A stretch of DNA of 46,289 bases, taken from positions 1-46,289 of the forward strand of contig LT642169.1 in assembly GCA_900128585.1 (NCBI GenBank), read 5' to 3'. A program made the position numbers and the translations under genes. Shown in pieces: positions 29,971-39,440 of this stretch (position 1 is its first letter; each line of letters opens with the position of its first letter). Under the pieces are notes generated by a model. It had not been told where the DNA came from. It saw nothing but the letters and a program-made list of their open reading frames with translations, and ran no database searches. Origin of the DNA: Stramenopiles sp. TOSAG23-3 (taxonomy: Eukaryota).

Positions 29971-30304
29971 TGTTAATTAAAATTAATGTACTGCGAACTG
30001 AAATCTGGATTTAGACATTTCTAAAATTACAACAATTTCAGTTCCAGCCTTATAATTTGATTTTTTAATTTGATTTTTTAAATTTTCGTTTCGTTGGTTG
30101 TCAATCACTGAGGAATTATTTATATGATATTCCGATGAGAAGAATTATGTTATGCCATACTACCAAATGATAAAATATTTCGTTTCTGGTGAAAGGCGAT
30201 ATGTACTTAATAAACCGACTCGATTCCCAGTCAAAGTCCCTGATAATTTCTCATGTGAGTAGATCACTTAAATTAATGTACTCTGCGAACTGAACTCACT
30301 ACGG

Positions 30305-30358
30305 TACTTAAATTTATATGATAACAGACATTACTTAAATTTATATGATAACAGACAT
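30305..30358 (+). repeat. Perfect 27-bp tandem duplication
   Basis: tacttaaatttatatgataacagacat at 30305-30331 and 30332-30358. Confidence 0.95.
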
Positions 30359-30369
30359 TTTTTGTTTTT

Positions 30370-30396
30370 AAAACAAGAAAAATTGGCTGTTATTTT
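30370..30396 (+). repeat. Dispersed 3'-flank element, copy C
   Basis: aaaacaagaaaaattggctgttatttt; forms an imperfect palindrome with 30348-30368. Confidence 0.85.
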
Positions 30397-30621
30397 TTAT
30401 AGTAATTAAAATTAAATGCAGATCCTCCCCAAGTTCTGGTCAAGATTCCAATTGATTGGTCTTAAAAGTACACAGCGGCATAAATGTTTTAATTCGTATC
30501 ATACTCAGTAATGATATCTTGTAATTCATCCACCAATCATCATCATAAAAGTCTAATTACTTGTAAACGGTGTGGTAAAACAAATGCTGCTTTTAGACGA
30601 GATATACAAAAAATATATTTT

Positions 30622-31488
30622 CTAATCTTTGTACTTGCTATAATCCGTGTCTTTGGGGAATTCCGTCTCCATCCCTTCCTGCTGTTTGCTATCGGGCACT
30701 TTCCAATGCTTCCCGTAAACGGCTTCAATAAAGACCTCGGGTCTTCTGGGTGTGGTGTACCATTTCCCCTCTATCATAGCCCCTTTCTCATTCAACGGGT
30801 AAATTATGTAAGACGGTATCTCATTCTTTCCGCTCATCCCAACCACTCTGACCTCTTTTCCATCGTCGCTTAGCGGCATACTATACACATCAACGTATAC
30901 CGTATGGGACTGTATACCCATGAAACCGTAATTGACAAATTGCATGTTTGGGGCCTTCGACCAAAAATGAAAGACGCCCGGGCCAACGTCCCCATAAAAA
31001 CACTCCAGAGAAGAGAAAACACTCTGTACTTTGCTCGACTTTAGGTCTGGTATTGCAAGATCAACATCGGCAGTCCAGGGAATGATGGATTTTTCGCGTA
31101 GTGCCCCTAACAGGGTCCCGTATGTAATGGCGTATGAAATATTTTCCTCCCGGAGTTTTTCGATTAAATAGTCGAGCATGCCGATTCGGGTGGACGGACA
31201 TCTTTCGTATTTTGCGTCGCCGCCCAACAGTACATTTCGCCGAAGGTACTTGTCAAAGTTAAAGACGCGCCGTAGTATGAAGTACCGCAAAATGCCGCAT
31301 ACAATTAGAAGAAAAATGCAAACAAGGAAGCAAACTAAACGAAGCCTGCAACGATCGTAAGAGGACTTCAACACTCTGGCTTTCTCGTCCTTTACCGAAC
31401 TTGGGAGTGTCGCACTGTTCCGGTCCAGCGCGGCACTCGCGTCACTAGCAAGACCCCTGCAACAACGTGTAAGACTACTTCGGGCCAT
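30622..31488 (-). CDS. LicD/fukutin-family nucleotidyltransferase-fold transferase, type II membrane protein
   Basis: YAITYGTLLGALRE..IIPWTADVD, VYVDVY, P..PE.FI...YG..W.VPD; single TM LVCFLVCIFLLIVCGIL near the N-terminus. Confidence 0.85.
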   Translation of the reverse strand: MARSSLTRCCRGLASDASAALDRNSATLPSSVKDEKARVLKSSYDRCRLRLVCFLVCIFLLIVCGILRYFILRRVFNFDKYLRRNVLLGGDAKYERCPSTRIGMLDYLIEKLREENISYAITYGTLLGALREKSIIPWTADVDLAIPDLKSSKVQSVFSSLECFYGDVGPGVFHFWSKAPNMQFVNYGFMGIQSHTVYVDVYSMPLSDDGKEVRVVGMSGKNEIPSYIIYPLNEKGAMIEGKWYTTPRRPEVFIEAVYGKHWKVPDSKQQEGMETEFPKDTDYSKYKD

Positions 31489-32244
31489 TGCGCAAATTAG
31501 GACGACAAATTCGGTGGAAGAAAAAGGCCGACATACAAACTGGTGCCTGTTCCTTCAAAGTAGTTCGATCTGTTGATAATATAATTTTATTGTCATGTTT
31601 ACAGAAGTCTATATATTTGAAGACGACTCTCACAATTTTATTATTCTTATTTATTATTAATTTTTTTTTATTCATCAACTACTAACTTACTTTTACAGTA
31701 CGTACTGTAATTAAATGTATAATAATTGTAGACTAGTATTAAATAGGACTAGTAGTAGGAGGAGGTCTAATTAAAATAAAAAATATTACATTGTTGTTGT
31801 AGTTAGTGGATGGTGTGGTGCTGTACGAGTATATAATAAGAGAATAGTATTTTACTAGTCTATTATTATATCGAAGACCGAAGAAGAAAGACCGAAGATG
31901 AAAATAATAATAATAGTAAAAATAATAATAAAATAATATCTTTTTTTCGATCATAATAATCTTCTTCTTCTATCTTCTTGTTGGTGGTGTGGTGGTGTGG
32001 TGGATGATGATATAATAAATAAGGGTCTTCCTTCTTCTACTAATAATACCACCCCACCGAACAAACAACAACTGAAACAACCGGAAGAACGGAACCGGCT
32101 CTTTTTCTTCTTCTTCTTGTTAATAATAAAGTATGTATATATTTATCGTGGACATTTGAAAGTTGAAATGTGATTGGACATTTTGAATTATAGGGGGAAA
32201 GTGTCGACAGCATATGCACGTATATATGCAAAACAATATATAGA

Positions 32245-33936
32245 ATGTCAACACCCGCAAAGAAATTGTTGAACAAGACAGAAAATGTCGTCTCCGAAAT
32301 GATCGAAGGCGCATTGCTGGCCCACAGTGGGTTGGTAAGCCTCGTGCCCCACAATGTTTTGATGCGGCGAGATTATAACTTAGTCAAAAGTGACAATGTT
32401 GCATTGATATCAGGTGGTGGTTCTGGCCACGAACCTTCCCACGCAGGATTTGTAGGGAAAGGCATGCTTACTGCTGCGGTACTAGGTGGGGTGTTTGCCT
32501 CGCCAACTGCAAACGCGGTTTACGCTGCTATTTGCGAAGTGACCGGCCCCAAAGGGTGCCTGCTTATTGTCAAGAATTACACCGGCGACAGGTTGAACTT
32601 TGGAATTGCCGCAGAAAAAGCAAAAGCAAAGGGTTTGAAAGTAAATATGGTCATTGTGGGGGATGATGTAGCTGTGAACGCAGGGGAGGAATCCAATGGA
32701 ACGATCACCGGGCGGCGGGGTCTGTCGGGGACGTTATTCGTTCACAAAGTGGCTGGCGCTGCAGCGGAAGCTGGGGAAACATTGGACGACGTCACGGCCG
32801 CCGCTAGAACGGTTGCCGGGGCTGTGGGTTCCATGGGGGTTGCACTTACTACCTGCACTGTTCCTGGGTCGGCTGTCTCGTCGCGAATCCCAGAAAATCA
32901 TATGGAGTTGGGCCTGGGAATTCATGGCGAACCCGGAAGAGAGCTTGTCCCAGTCCGTAGCGTCGACAGCGTTGTAAACACAATTGTTGACCAAATCAAC
33001 AAGGTTGTACCCTTGCGTTCGAAACGCTTGGCCTTGATGATAAACAATTTAGGCGGTACACCATTGATGGAACTGTACGTAGCAGCACGAGCGGCATACA
33101 ATTACTTGACAACAGGATTTAACGCAAAGGTAGAAAGAATGTACGTTGGATCGTTCATGACAAGCCTGGAAATGCAAGGGCTGATGGTCACGTGCTTCGT
33201 TGTTGAAAACCCATTGCAGATGGCACGCATCGATGCGTTCACTAGTGCACCGGCGTGGCCGAAGAACGCACGGGTGGCAGAGAATACCGAAGCGGGAAGT
33301 GTAGTGCACGCCGTTAACATGGACGTGAAAGAAGATGTTTTTGGTGCCCCAGACCCAGAAATAGTGGGGCGCTTAAAAATGGCCTGCCAGGTCATTATTG
33401 AAAATGAACAGCGTCTAAATGCGCTCGATGCAATTGTTGGGGATGGTGACTGCGGGCTAACAATGAAACGTGGAGCAGTCGCGATATTGGACCAACTGGG
33501 GCGGCTTCCGAGCTCCGTCCCAGCGTCATTGTGCACTGCACTTGCCAAAATAATTCAAACCAGCATGGGCGGAACTTCCGGTGCAATCCTTGACATTATG
33601 CTTTCCGCCGCCGCAGCACATTTTATGGAGCAAGGTGCAACGTGGCCAGAAGCATTCCAGAAAGCAGTCGATGCTGCATCTTTTTACGGTGGGGCAAAAG
33701 AAGGGTACCGAACGATGCTAGACGCACTAATCCCGGCGGCAAGGAAAGCCATGGAAGGCGGTTCAACGGCAGACATTGTTGCTGCAGCAAATGAAGGTGC
33801 CAATAAAACGGCAACCATGACACCCCTTGCAGGACGGTCATCCTATCTATCAATCGACCAGGTGAATGGAACTGAAGATCCTGGCGCAGTAGCAGCCGCA
33901 CTTGTCCTTGACAGCTTGTTGCAGAGTAAACTATGA
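32245..33936 (+). CDS. DAK1: ATP-dependent dihydroxyacetone kinase/triokinase (Dak1+Dak2 domains)
   Basis: ISGGGSGHEP.HAGFVG.GML, KNYTGDRLNFG, GIHGEPG, GDGDCG, MGGTSG, RTMLDAL, AGRSSY, DPGA. Confidence 0.97.
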   Translation: MSTPAKKLLNKTENVVSEMIEGALLAHSGLVSLVPHNVLMRRDYNLVKSDNVALISGGGSGHEPSHAGFVGKGMLTAAVLGGVFASPTANAVYAAICEVTGPKGCLLIVKNYTGDRLNFGIAAEKAKAKGLKVNMVIVGDDVAVNAGEESNGTITGRRGLSGTLFVHKVAGAAAEAGETLDDVTAAARTVAGAVGSMGVALTTCTVPGSAVSSRIPENHMELGLGIHGEPGRELVPVRSVDSVVNTIVDQINKVVPLRSKRLALMINNLGGTPLMELYVAARAAYNYLTTGFNAKVERMYVGSFMTSLEMQGLMVTCFVVENPLQMARIDAFTSAPAWPKNARVAENTEAGSVVHAVNMDVKEDVFGAPDPEIVGRLKMACQVIIENEQRLNALDAIVGDGDCGLTMKRGAVAILDQLGRLPSSVPASLCTALAKIIQTSMGGTSGAILDIMLSAAAAHFMEQGATWPEAFQKAVDAASFYGGAKEGYRTMLDALIPAARKAMEGGSTADIVAAANEGANKTATMTPLAGRSSYLSIDQVNGTEDPGAVAAALVLDSLLQSKL

Positions 33937-34442
33937 AACCAGAGCAAAGAACTTGAAGAATTACCATCGGTCCTGATGCTGTGTATACAGTAGAGACCGA
34001 CTACGGTGTACGTATATTTTTTATTGTTTAAAAAAAGAATAATAATTTAAGCTTTCAAACCAAAATCACAGCGCCAGCGATATCTATTATTTATATGATA
34101 TTAAAAAAAAAACTAATTTCTATTATATTAGCCTATATATTAGTCGGTCTAGTAATGTTTTAAGACTCTCATTTTAAATCAATTACTATTTCAAATCCAA
34201 CCCTAATCCTAGACTATTTAGAATATCTTTATATTTTAATTTGATTTTTTAATTTTATTAATCGATATAATAATACCTCCTGTGTACCACCTGTGTATTA
34301 ATACTACGGTATACGTTGTATATCTATAAATATAACATTATTCTATATGAATGTATTATTAATAGATGATAAAATATGAGAGATAGTGTCTATAGTGTGT
34401 GTATTAATAATAGATATTATTCTAATAATGAATGTATAACAG

Positions 34443-34496
34443 TTCTTGAACGCACTTCCTAGACTACGCCTCTAGAGGAAGTGCGGTCGTCAAGAA
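34443..34496. repeat. Imperfect inverted repeat (hairpin); arm sequence repeated at 23469-23488
   Basis: ttcttga+cgcacttcct pairs with aggaagtgcg+tcaagaa; acagttcttga[a/c]cgcacttc occurs at 34439 and 23469. Confidence 0.75.
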
Positions 34497-34737
34497 GAAG
34501 AAAAGAACTGCTGTGTATAAAAAATAATAATAATAAATAATATTATTATTTTTATTATAAAATATAAAAAAATGATGTTCATATATAATAATTAAAGAGC
34601 AGATAAAATCAGGAGACACACAATTTAAAAAAAGGAGTTCCAACGGTCTGCCGATCAGAACTCTGCCGGTAAATTTTTTAACCATTCATGGCACTGTATT
34701 ACACACGGAATAGTTTGATTGCCGTAAAACGCAGAAC

Positions 34738-35670
34738 ATGAAGAAACGATTGAAGGCTAACGATATTGATAAAATGGTGGAAACCAGAACCACCTCCGAT
34801 ATGGAAGCTGACGTGTCTTCTCAACCCTTTCGCTCCCCCTCGCCCACTACGGAAATTCAACAGAGGTTCCATCTATTGTGCTTGAAGATAAAGAAAGAGT
34901 TGTACGAGCAGGATCCTACGCATAACATAAATTTCCAAATGTCTATTTCTGAGTTGTTTGAAATTGCTAATTTTTTAGATGTTAAAGAGGAGGATTGGGA
35001 AACGTTTTGTAGAGTGCAGCTGCTTCACGGCACGCCGATGATGCCTTGGGTGGCCGCACTTGTGGCCTCGATGCAACGAAAAGATGTCGTAATGGAGAGT
35101 ATGAGGGAGCGACTTTCGTGGCTCGAACAGGAGGTAGGATCGCTGAGGGCGCAGGTAAACCAATCGAGCAAACTTGCAAACCGTAGTCCCTCCGGTGCAG
35201 GTTCGCCTGAAAGGCGCCAAGTCCCACGTCCACGGCGAGCGAAACCGTCCGAACCGTCCCCTCCTCCAAAAATCTTATCGTCCAATAATTCTAAACCAAA
35301 CGTACCGGTGGCCCCATCCGTGCTGCTTCAAAAACCAAAAAGAAAGCCCGCGAAAGAAAAGGGGCAGCAGCGCCAAGGCCAGGGAATAGCCACTAGTCCA
35401 AAACAGTTTCGAAGTGCTAAAGACTTCCTAGCGTCCAAGGCGGGGGCGGACCGCGTTGCACCTCCACGAACATTCAATTTGAGCACAAACCCAACGTCTG
35501 GAAATAAAAACACGGGCCAGCCTGCAATCGTAGCATCCCAGCAGTGGCGACAGGAACAATTATTGTCATTACCAAAACGTATAGACGGAGAACCAGATTT
35601 TGACACTCACGTCCCGGCGGCCCGAAATTGGAACGTGGAGTATTCAAAGTCTCTCAGAAAGTACGACTGA
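34738..35670 (+). CDS. Hypothetical protein with small helical domain, coiled coil and Pro/Lys-rich disordered tail
   Basis: 310-aa ATG ORF in a GC-richer island; heptad segment MESMRERLSWLEQEVGSLRAQV. Confidence 0.75.
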   Translation: MKKRLKANDIDKMVETRTTSDMEADVSSQPFRSPSPTTEIQQRFHLLCLKIKKELYEQDPTHNINFQMSISELFEIANFLDVKEEDWETFCRVQLLHGTPMMPWVAALVASMQRKDVVMESMRERLSWLEQEVGSLRAQVNQSSKLANRSPSGAGSPERRQVPRPRRAKPSEPSPPPKILSSNNSKPNVPVAPSVLLQKPKRKPAKEKGQQRQGQGIATSPKQFRSAKDFLASKAGADRVAPPRTFNLSTNPTSGNKNTGQPAIVASQQWRQEQLLSLPKRIDGEPDFDTHVPAARNWNVEYSKSLRKYD

Positions 35671-35783
35671 TACAGTTTTGGAAATAAAATGTTTTTAAAT
35701 AAAGAGCTTTAAAATTAATCTAGTTATGAAAAACAATTATATAGCATGCTTTCAGACTCGTCTGTTCACCGGGTTATTTAATT

Positions 35784-35813
35784 AAAACAAGAAAATTGGC
35801 TGTTATTTAAGTA
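35784..35813 (+). repeat. Dispersed 3'-flank element, copy D
   Basis: aaaacaagaaaattggctgttatttaagta, followed by a degenerate second copy (aaaatacaggctgttgttttaaata). Confidence 0.85.
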
Positions 35814-35932
35814 CATAATTTTAAAAAAACAAAATACAGGCTGTTGTTTTAAATATCTTAGAATTCCTTTTTCAACTTTACACGTTTTTCAGATTTTCAT
35901 AAATAATATGTTCCACATGCACAGACTGATCT

Positions 35933-38017
35933 TCAGTCGCAGTCGCCATCGTCGTATTCGCAAGATTCAGAGAAGCACGAGTTATCGCACATTCCATTCT
36001 TTCGCATCAACGATTCTAAACAGAAATCGGAGCATTGGTTGTGACACCCATTTGGTTCGTTCACAAGCGCGTTCCGAATACGCCCGTCCTTTGCAAGCTC
36101 GTTCAAGTACCCATTCGTGCACATGCGATTGCCGTACGCTGTAAACGTTCCTGAAAGTACACCCATATTTTCAAACCACCCTGGTAATTTTGAGAACGAA
36201 TTATTGCGCATGTCCAGCACGTTCAGTTCCGCGAGAGCGTCGAAGCCATCGGGAAAAGAAGAAACATTGTTTTGACCCATGTATAGTTGAACAAGGGTGC
36301 GGCTGAAGCTTCCAATGTGCTTTGGCAGGGTTGTAAAGTTGTTACCCGCTATTCCAAGTACACGCAAAAGTGGACAATACTCAGCCTGAAAGGATGGAGG
36401 CAGGCGACTCAGGCTGTTGTTTGCTAAAAGGAGAAAGTGCAGGCTGGGCAAATTGATAGACACTCCGTCCAGAACGCTATCCCTAAGATTGTTCGAGCTT
36501 AGGCTCAACGCGTACAGCTCTTTCGACGTTTGCCACAACGCCTCTGGCACGGCACTGATGGAATTAAAGTCTAGCAATACTGTGTGCAAAGATTTCATTG
36601 TGCTGACACTTTCGGGCAACTTTTCTAATTTGTTGAATCTTATTTCTATGACGGACAGTCGCATCGCATTTATCCCGAACTCGTCGGACAATTCCTTCAA
36701 TGGCCCGTTTGTTATAGTCACCCGTCTAAGCGCGGACATCCGGTCCATTTGGCTTGGCAAGTGCGTCAAATTATGGTGGTCTATCTCAATTATTGCGCAG
36801 TTGCACTGTGGATCGAAGACGCGCCAGACGCCGCCACACATCGGCGTACGAACGGTGCAACTGTCCCAGATGAATTCCATCTCGTCGCTTCTATCGCACT
36901 TGCCTTGGCCAATACCATCTGCAAAAACACTCATGCACCCAACGACAAGCATGAGAAGACAGTACAACACCCCAAAGGTGAGTAATCCTCGTTTTACATA
37001 CACAGGAACATTCTTTTCCTGTAACCTGGACATTTTCCCCAAGCTACTGTACACGCTCCACTGCCGTTTCGATTTGAAGTTAAATTTCCCCGACCCAGTC
37101 CGCTCTAATTCTTTAGCTCGAATGGAAGGGTTACTCTCAAAGACTAAATCCCTTGTCGTGTGGGAACGTATTATTTCGAAATATATCATACGCAACTTGG
37201 TCAACATGGTCATGCTTGCCCATACAATGACTTGCAACAAGTCCTTGATTGGGATGTTAATTCGGTACACCATCCAAATCAGAAGGATCGGGACGATTGT
37301 GTCGATGGCATCAATGACCGTATCCATTACTATCTGGTTGTCGCGCCGCTTCGAGGACGCATCCGATTGCATTTTGCGCAGCTGCATAAAAGTTTCAACG
37401 ATTTGAAGAAAGCAAAATATGGCAATAATGGCCGACGGCAAAGCGCACAAGTATAAGCTAAATACATTCGTCAACACGGTGAGCTTTTCAATAAACTCCC
37501 ACAAGTAAAACTTTCTCAAAAAGTAAGGCCCCGTAATTTGGTGTTTCTCTCGGTACTGTTGGAGTTTGCTAAGCGCCATTTTCATCGATCGCCGCCCACC
37601 TCGAATCTTATGCTCTATATTTTTTTTCTCGTCTTTTATGTACAACTTGACGTAACTTCTCCAGCGAATTGCTACCCACGTGGTCATGCTAAAATAAATC
37701 AAAGCGAACCCCAAAAATATAAAACATTCCCATCGATGAAATGATTTGAATCGTACTGTATAATGATACGCCAAGTACAATTGCAATGATCCCAGAATGT
37801 AAAGCGCGATCAAGGTCATGAAACCTTTCCATCCAATTGCAATGCAGCACGTAATGTTTTTGATGTCCCTAGAATTAAATGCAGCCATTTCAACAATTCC
37901 TTCATTGGTCTGGCCCACCTCCGTATCTGCCCTTTGCTCGGTGGTGCCGTTCGCCGCACTGTTCAAGGTTGGTACTAATGCTACCTCAGTCGGGGCCACC
38001 GGCTTACTCTCCGACAT
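35933..38017 (-). CDS. Multi-pass membrane protein with C-terminal leucine-rich repeats and LNR (Notch-type) repeat
   Basis: About 7 hydrophobic segments in the N-half; Cys-rich cap; about 9 LRRs (LxxLxLxxNxL..LP); terminal CSDFC.......NGMCDNSCFSESCEYDDGDC matches LNR spacing. Confidence 0.85.
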   Translation of the reverse strand: MSESKPVAPTEVALVPTLNSAANGTTEQRADTEVGQTNEGIVEMAAFNSRDIKNITCCIAIGWKGFMTLIALYILGSLQLYLAYHYTVRFKSFHRWECFIFLGFALIYFSMTTWVAIRWRSYVKLYIKDEKKNIEHKIRGGRRSMKMALSKLQQYREKHQITGPYFLRKFYLWEFIEKLTVLTNVFSLYLCALPSAIIAIFCFLQIVETFMQLRKMQSDASSKRRDNQIVMDTVIDAIDTIVPILLIWMVYRINIPIKDLLQVIVWASMTMLTKLRMIYFEIIRSHTTRDLVFESNPSIRAKELERTGSGKFNFKSKRQWSVYSSLGKMSRLQEKNVPVYVKRGLLTFGVLYCLLMLVVGCMSVFADGIGQGKCDRSDEMEFIWDSCTVRTPMCGGVWRVFDPQCNCAIIEIDHHNLTHLPSQMDRMSALRRVTITNGPLKELSDEFGINAMRLSVIEIRFNKLEKLPESVSTMKSLHTVLLDFNSISAVPEALWQTSKELYALSLSSNNLRDSVLDGVSINLPSLHFLLLANNSLSRLPPSFQAEYCPLLRVLGIAGNNFTTLPKHIGSFSRTLVQLYMGQNNVSSFPDGFDALAELNVLDMRNNSFSKLPGWFENMGVLSGTFTAYGNRMCTNGYLNELAKDGRIRNALVNEPNGCHNQCSDFCLESLMRKNGMCDNSCFSESCEYDDGDCD

Positions 38018-38329
38018 CGTACCTTGATATTAAAACAGCTGTCGGCAATGCCTTTGTACCACATGAATGAAATCCTTTGGTACTTCTTCCACCTTTAAGT
38101 TGTCCAATATAAATATCATCGACAATTAATTTATACAACACTGTTTATTGTATTAATATATTCTAATTATTTAGTTAACTCTCGATAACAATTTTTGCCT
38201 ATTTTTTATACTCTCGTTTATTATATCTCTCTTATTTATTTATATATAATAATAAAATATAAATATATTTTTTATTATATTTTTTATTATTATTATTTAA
38301 TTAAAATAAACCAGCATATAATAGAGAAG

Positions 38330-38467
38330 CATAGAAGAAGAACGAGTAGAAGAAGAAGAAAGAAGAAGAAGAACGAGTAGAGATAGAAGAAAGAAGAAGA
38401 AGAACGAGTAGATAGAAGAAAGAAGAAGAAGAACGAGTAGATAGAAGAAGAAAGAAGAAGAAGAAGA
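38330..38467 (+). repeat. Minisatellite, about 30-bp unit built on GAA with AACGAGTAGA core (4 copies)
   Basis: gaagaagaacgagtaga recurs four times. Confidence 0.85.
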
Positions 38468-38684
38468 CAAAATAATTTAAATTGTTATTATTATTATTAT
38501 AGTAAATCGAATAAATACCTGATTTGTAATATCTGTGTGTGAACTTTTAGTCTTACAAAAAATAACATCGAAGAATAAAATAAATAAAAATGACAAAAAA
38601 AACAAAAAAAGTTCTTCTATTTTTTTTTTTCTCTCTATTTTATTTTCACTCTATACGTAGGCTATAGGTACTACCACCCATTTA

Positions 38685-38760
38685 TATAGGACATTGTTAC
38701 AAGTACAATATTCAATATTTAAAATTCAATGATTTTTTGTACTTGTAACAATTTCCTATA
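38685..38760. repeat. 24-bp inverted repeat with 28-bp spacer (MITE-like or hairpin)
   Basis: tataggacattgttacaagtacaa (38685-38708) versus ttgtacttgtaacaatttcctata (38737-38760): 23/24 complementary. Confidence 0.9.
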
Positions 38761-39146
38761 ACGTCCATTACAGGCTAACACGTGTCCGTTATAACATTTG
38801 AATAGTGTCAATAGACTACGAGGTACAAGTAGTCAAACAATATGAACAACAATTTTAACAGTGCTATATAGAAATTAATGAAACAACAGTATAATGTTAA
38901 TTAACGAGTTATTTCGAATCCATCCAATATTGAAATACCACTGAATAAAAAGGAAAAGAATTTTTATGAAGAAGTTTCAGCACCACCACACATTTAAAAA
39001 AAAAAAAAGGAGGAGGCAACATTTTTTAAGATCCAAAACAATCTTAACCCTATGTCCATATGGAAAAAACTTATTTGTTTTTGTTATTAGAATAATAATA
39101 TTAGTACTTAAATAATATAGGCTCTTGAAGACGATCATTGGGCATC

Positions 39147-39170
39147 TCACGTGATCACGTGATCACGTGG
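39147..39170. promoter_or_regulatory. Tandem triple E-box/G-box array (TCACGTGA TCACGTGA TCACGTGG)
   Basis: Direct reading; about 270 bp upstream of the ATG at 39441; regulatory role inferred. Confidence 0.5.
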
Positions 39171-39440
39171 ATGATTTGTTGTACGAAAAAAATGAACCGT
39201 TAGACTCTATCTTTTTTTTTTCATAATTAATAAGTTGTTTTCTCGGTATTGTAATCTTTTCCAATACTTCGTAAGCATGATGCTTTGCCACTTGCTGAAA
39301 ATCAACTTTAAAGCCAGTATGGCATTGTTACGTAAACACCATCTATCTTTCACCTTTCTCCTCTCAATTCTTCATCTACGATTTATTCATTGTAAATTAC
39401 CTGATATTCTTATTCCCACGTTCAAACAGGGGTTTTCAAA

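Noticed and set aside
4044-33936. Apparent 'phosphate' theme cluster (PP1, P-ATPase fragment, SPX transporter, PTPA-TIP41, LicD, DAK)
   Set aside because: Functions are unrelated pathways interleaved with unrelated genes; no evidence of a co-regulated cluster.
34197-34212. Telomere-like aaccctaatccta (and ttagggtta near 46209)
   Set aside because: Only one or two degenerate units; expected by chance.
38330-38467. Regularly spaced repeats as a possible CRISPR array
   Set aside because: Spacers are GAA microsatellite rather than unique sequence; eukaryotic context and no cas genes.
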